A stretch of DNA of 18,588 bases from a virus (taxonomy: Duplodnaviria; Heunggongvirae; Uroviricota; Caudoviricetes). The notes beneath the pieces are model-generated. The model made no database searches. It was given only the letters and a program-made list of their open reading frames with translations, and was not told where the DNA came from. The stretch's first letter is position 1. Each line of letters opens with the position of its first letter. Of the stretch, positions 17,584 to 18,588 are shown one piece after another. The translations under genes and the position numbers were made by a program. The stretch covers positions 1 to 18,588 of the IMG/VR virus record IMGVR_UViG_2526164690_000035. One strand, 5' to 3'.

Positions 17584-18057
17584 TTAAATCAAGTCATCTC
17601 TTAGATTTTTAGCTACAACCATATAAAATGTTGCATATTTCATAATAATATCATCAAATTCTTTGTCTAAAACACTTCCAAGTTTCCCGTCTATAAATTT
17701 CCTCATAACGTTATTCATTCCATGTGTTTTAGCAAATATATTTTTTCCGTCTATTAAATTATCATCCTCAACAGGAGAATAAGATACACTCCATCCACAT
17801 TTGATTAAGTTTTTTGCCGATTTTGTGGAAATATCAAGAAGTATGGTTGCATCAATATTAATGATTTTACAGAATTTCATCATATTCTCTACAGAGAGAG
17901 AGGACTTACCATTTTCAATTTTTCCCCAGCCGGCACTTGTTATCCCAAGGCCAGATGCAATGTCTGATTGAGTAACACCATGCTTCTCGCGAAAATCGCG
18001 AATATGGAAAGCCAATATAGTTAAATAGGATGTTTTCATATGGGTAATGATACTCAC
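17584..18057 (-). CDS. HTH XRE-family (Cro/C1-type) DNA-binding protein with a roughly 70-aa C-terminal extension
   Basis: N-terminal helix-turn-helix KHGVTQSDIASGLGITSAGWGKIENGKSSLSVENMMKFCKIINIDATILL. Track ORF starts at the GTG at 18057; the ATG at 18037-18039 (MKTSYL...) is the more likely start (151 aa). C-terminal region not recognised. Confidence 0.75.
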   Translation of the reverse strand: MSIITHMKTSYLTILAFHIRDFREKHGVTQSDIASGLGITSAGWGKIENGKSSLSVENMMKFCKIINIDATILLDISTKSAKNLIKCGWSVSYSPVEDDNLIDGKNIFAKTHGMNNVMRKFIDGKLGSVLDKEFDDIIMKYATFYMVVAKNLRDDLI

Positions 18058-18074
18058 AGTTTATAAAACTTCAA
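18047..18074 (-). promoter_or_regulatory. Candidate sigma70 promoter giving a leaderless transcript for the HTH gene
   Basis: On the minus strand: TTGAAG (-35), 16-nt spacer, TATCAT (-10), then 7 nt (tacccat) to the ATG at 18039. An 11-bp palindrome AACTTGAAGTT overlaps the -35 and could be an operator. Confidence 0.3.
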
Positions 18075-18155
18075 GTATTTTATTGCGATAATCGTATGCG
18101 AGTCCACTTCTTGGTTGAAGATTGAACTTCGGTAATGTGCTGAAGAGACATTTAA

Positions 18156-18177
18156 TCATGCCCGGCATCAACCGGGC
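18156..18177 (-). terminator. Hairpin 3' of the KilAC-domain gene
   Basis: atgcccgg-catcaa-ccgggcat (8-bp stem), 10 nt beyond the stop at 18187; on the minus strand it is followed by GATTAAATGTCTCTT, an imperfect T-tract. Confidence 0.35.
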
Positions 18178-18186
18178 ATTCTTCCA

Positions 18187-18519
18187 TTATTCAGCCGCCA
18201 CCGGTTTTAACAAGCCAGCATCGAGCAGTTTACGCGTCAACCACTGCTGGCCTTTACCCGTTAATTGAGGCGTCAACCGTATCTGGTAGCCATCTTCATC
18301 ATCCAGCACCACTTCTTTCACCGTGAAATACCCCGCGTTGATGTACTGCTGGAACGGCACATTTTTACGTCCACCGGACGCTATCAGGATGCCGTTCTCC
18401 CGTAACCAGACAAACAGCGCGTTTTGCTTAAGTCCAACAACCTTTGCAAAATTCCCAATCAGGATCCCTTTAGCTACTGATACCCGGTCGGCAAAATCGA
18501 CTTTAGGAGCGGCGGCCAC
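18187..18519 (-). CDS. KilAC-domain (antirepressor C-terminal domain) protein
   Basis: 110-aa ORF with GTG start. Translation (VAKGILIGNFAKVVGLKQNALFVWLRENGILIASGGRKNVPFQQYINAGYFTVKEV...TPQLTGKGQQWL) resembles the C-terminal domain of phage Ant/KilA antirepressors. Confidence 0.55.
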   Translation of the reverse strand: MAAAPKVDFADRVSVAKGILIGNFAKVVGLKQNALFVWLRENGILIASGGRKNVPFQQYINAGYFTVKEVVLDDEDGYQIRLTPQLTGKGQQWLTRKLLDAGLLKPVAAE

Positions 18520-18530
18520 CAGCTGCTGAT

Positions 18531-18588
18531 TTAGCTGGTGGCTTTCTGTTCCAGAAGTTGCTTTTGTTCAGCCAGTTCGGCAGCCAGG
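18531..18588 (-). CDS. 3' end of a minus-strand gene running off the window edge
   Basis: Open frame from the window edge ending ...LAAELAEQKQLLEQKATS then TAA (stop at 18531-18533), 12 nt upstream of the KilAC ORF start; may be the N-terminal part of a split antirepressor gene. Confidence 0.3.
   Translation of the reverse strand, partial: LAAELAEQKQLLEQKATS

Overview
This window reads as an 18.6-kb segment of a bacteriophage P1-like element (phage-plasmid or prophage), with a conserved backbone interrupted by accessory insertions. All calls are from reading the sequence and ORF translations; no database search was run, and gene names rest on recollection of P1 gene order and product sizes. 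Backbone, in + coordinate order: a late lysis/antirestriction operon (lydA holin, lydB, hdf, darA, ddrA, a 995-aa DdrB-like protein, a small acidic protein), then ssb (-), lyz (+; SAR endolysin with the Cys13/Cys44/Cys51 and Glu42 layout described for P1 Lyz), a small membrane protein, and Pro-like and Prt-like head genes (-). Accessory content: (1) an AT-rich left island (1-1325) carrying a hexapeptide-repeat O-acetyltransferase; (2) an IS200/IS605-family TnpB-only element between ddrA and the DdrB-like gene; (3) an AT-rich island with an OmpF/PhoE-type porin gene between the acidic protein and ssb; (4) an AT-rich two-gene cassette (HTH-XRE regulator plus YaaW/DUF3944-like protein) between the portal gene and a KilAC antirepressor-like gene. 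The cassette in (4) is my leading candidate for an undescribed system, possibly phage-defence or superinfection-exclusion. Other points worth checking are a near-consensus C1 operator at the ssb promoter, an HExxH motif in the DdrB-like protein, and the very acidic protein at the operon end. No tRNA, rRNA or CRISPR array was seen.
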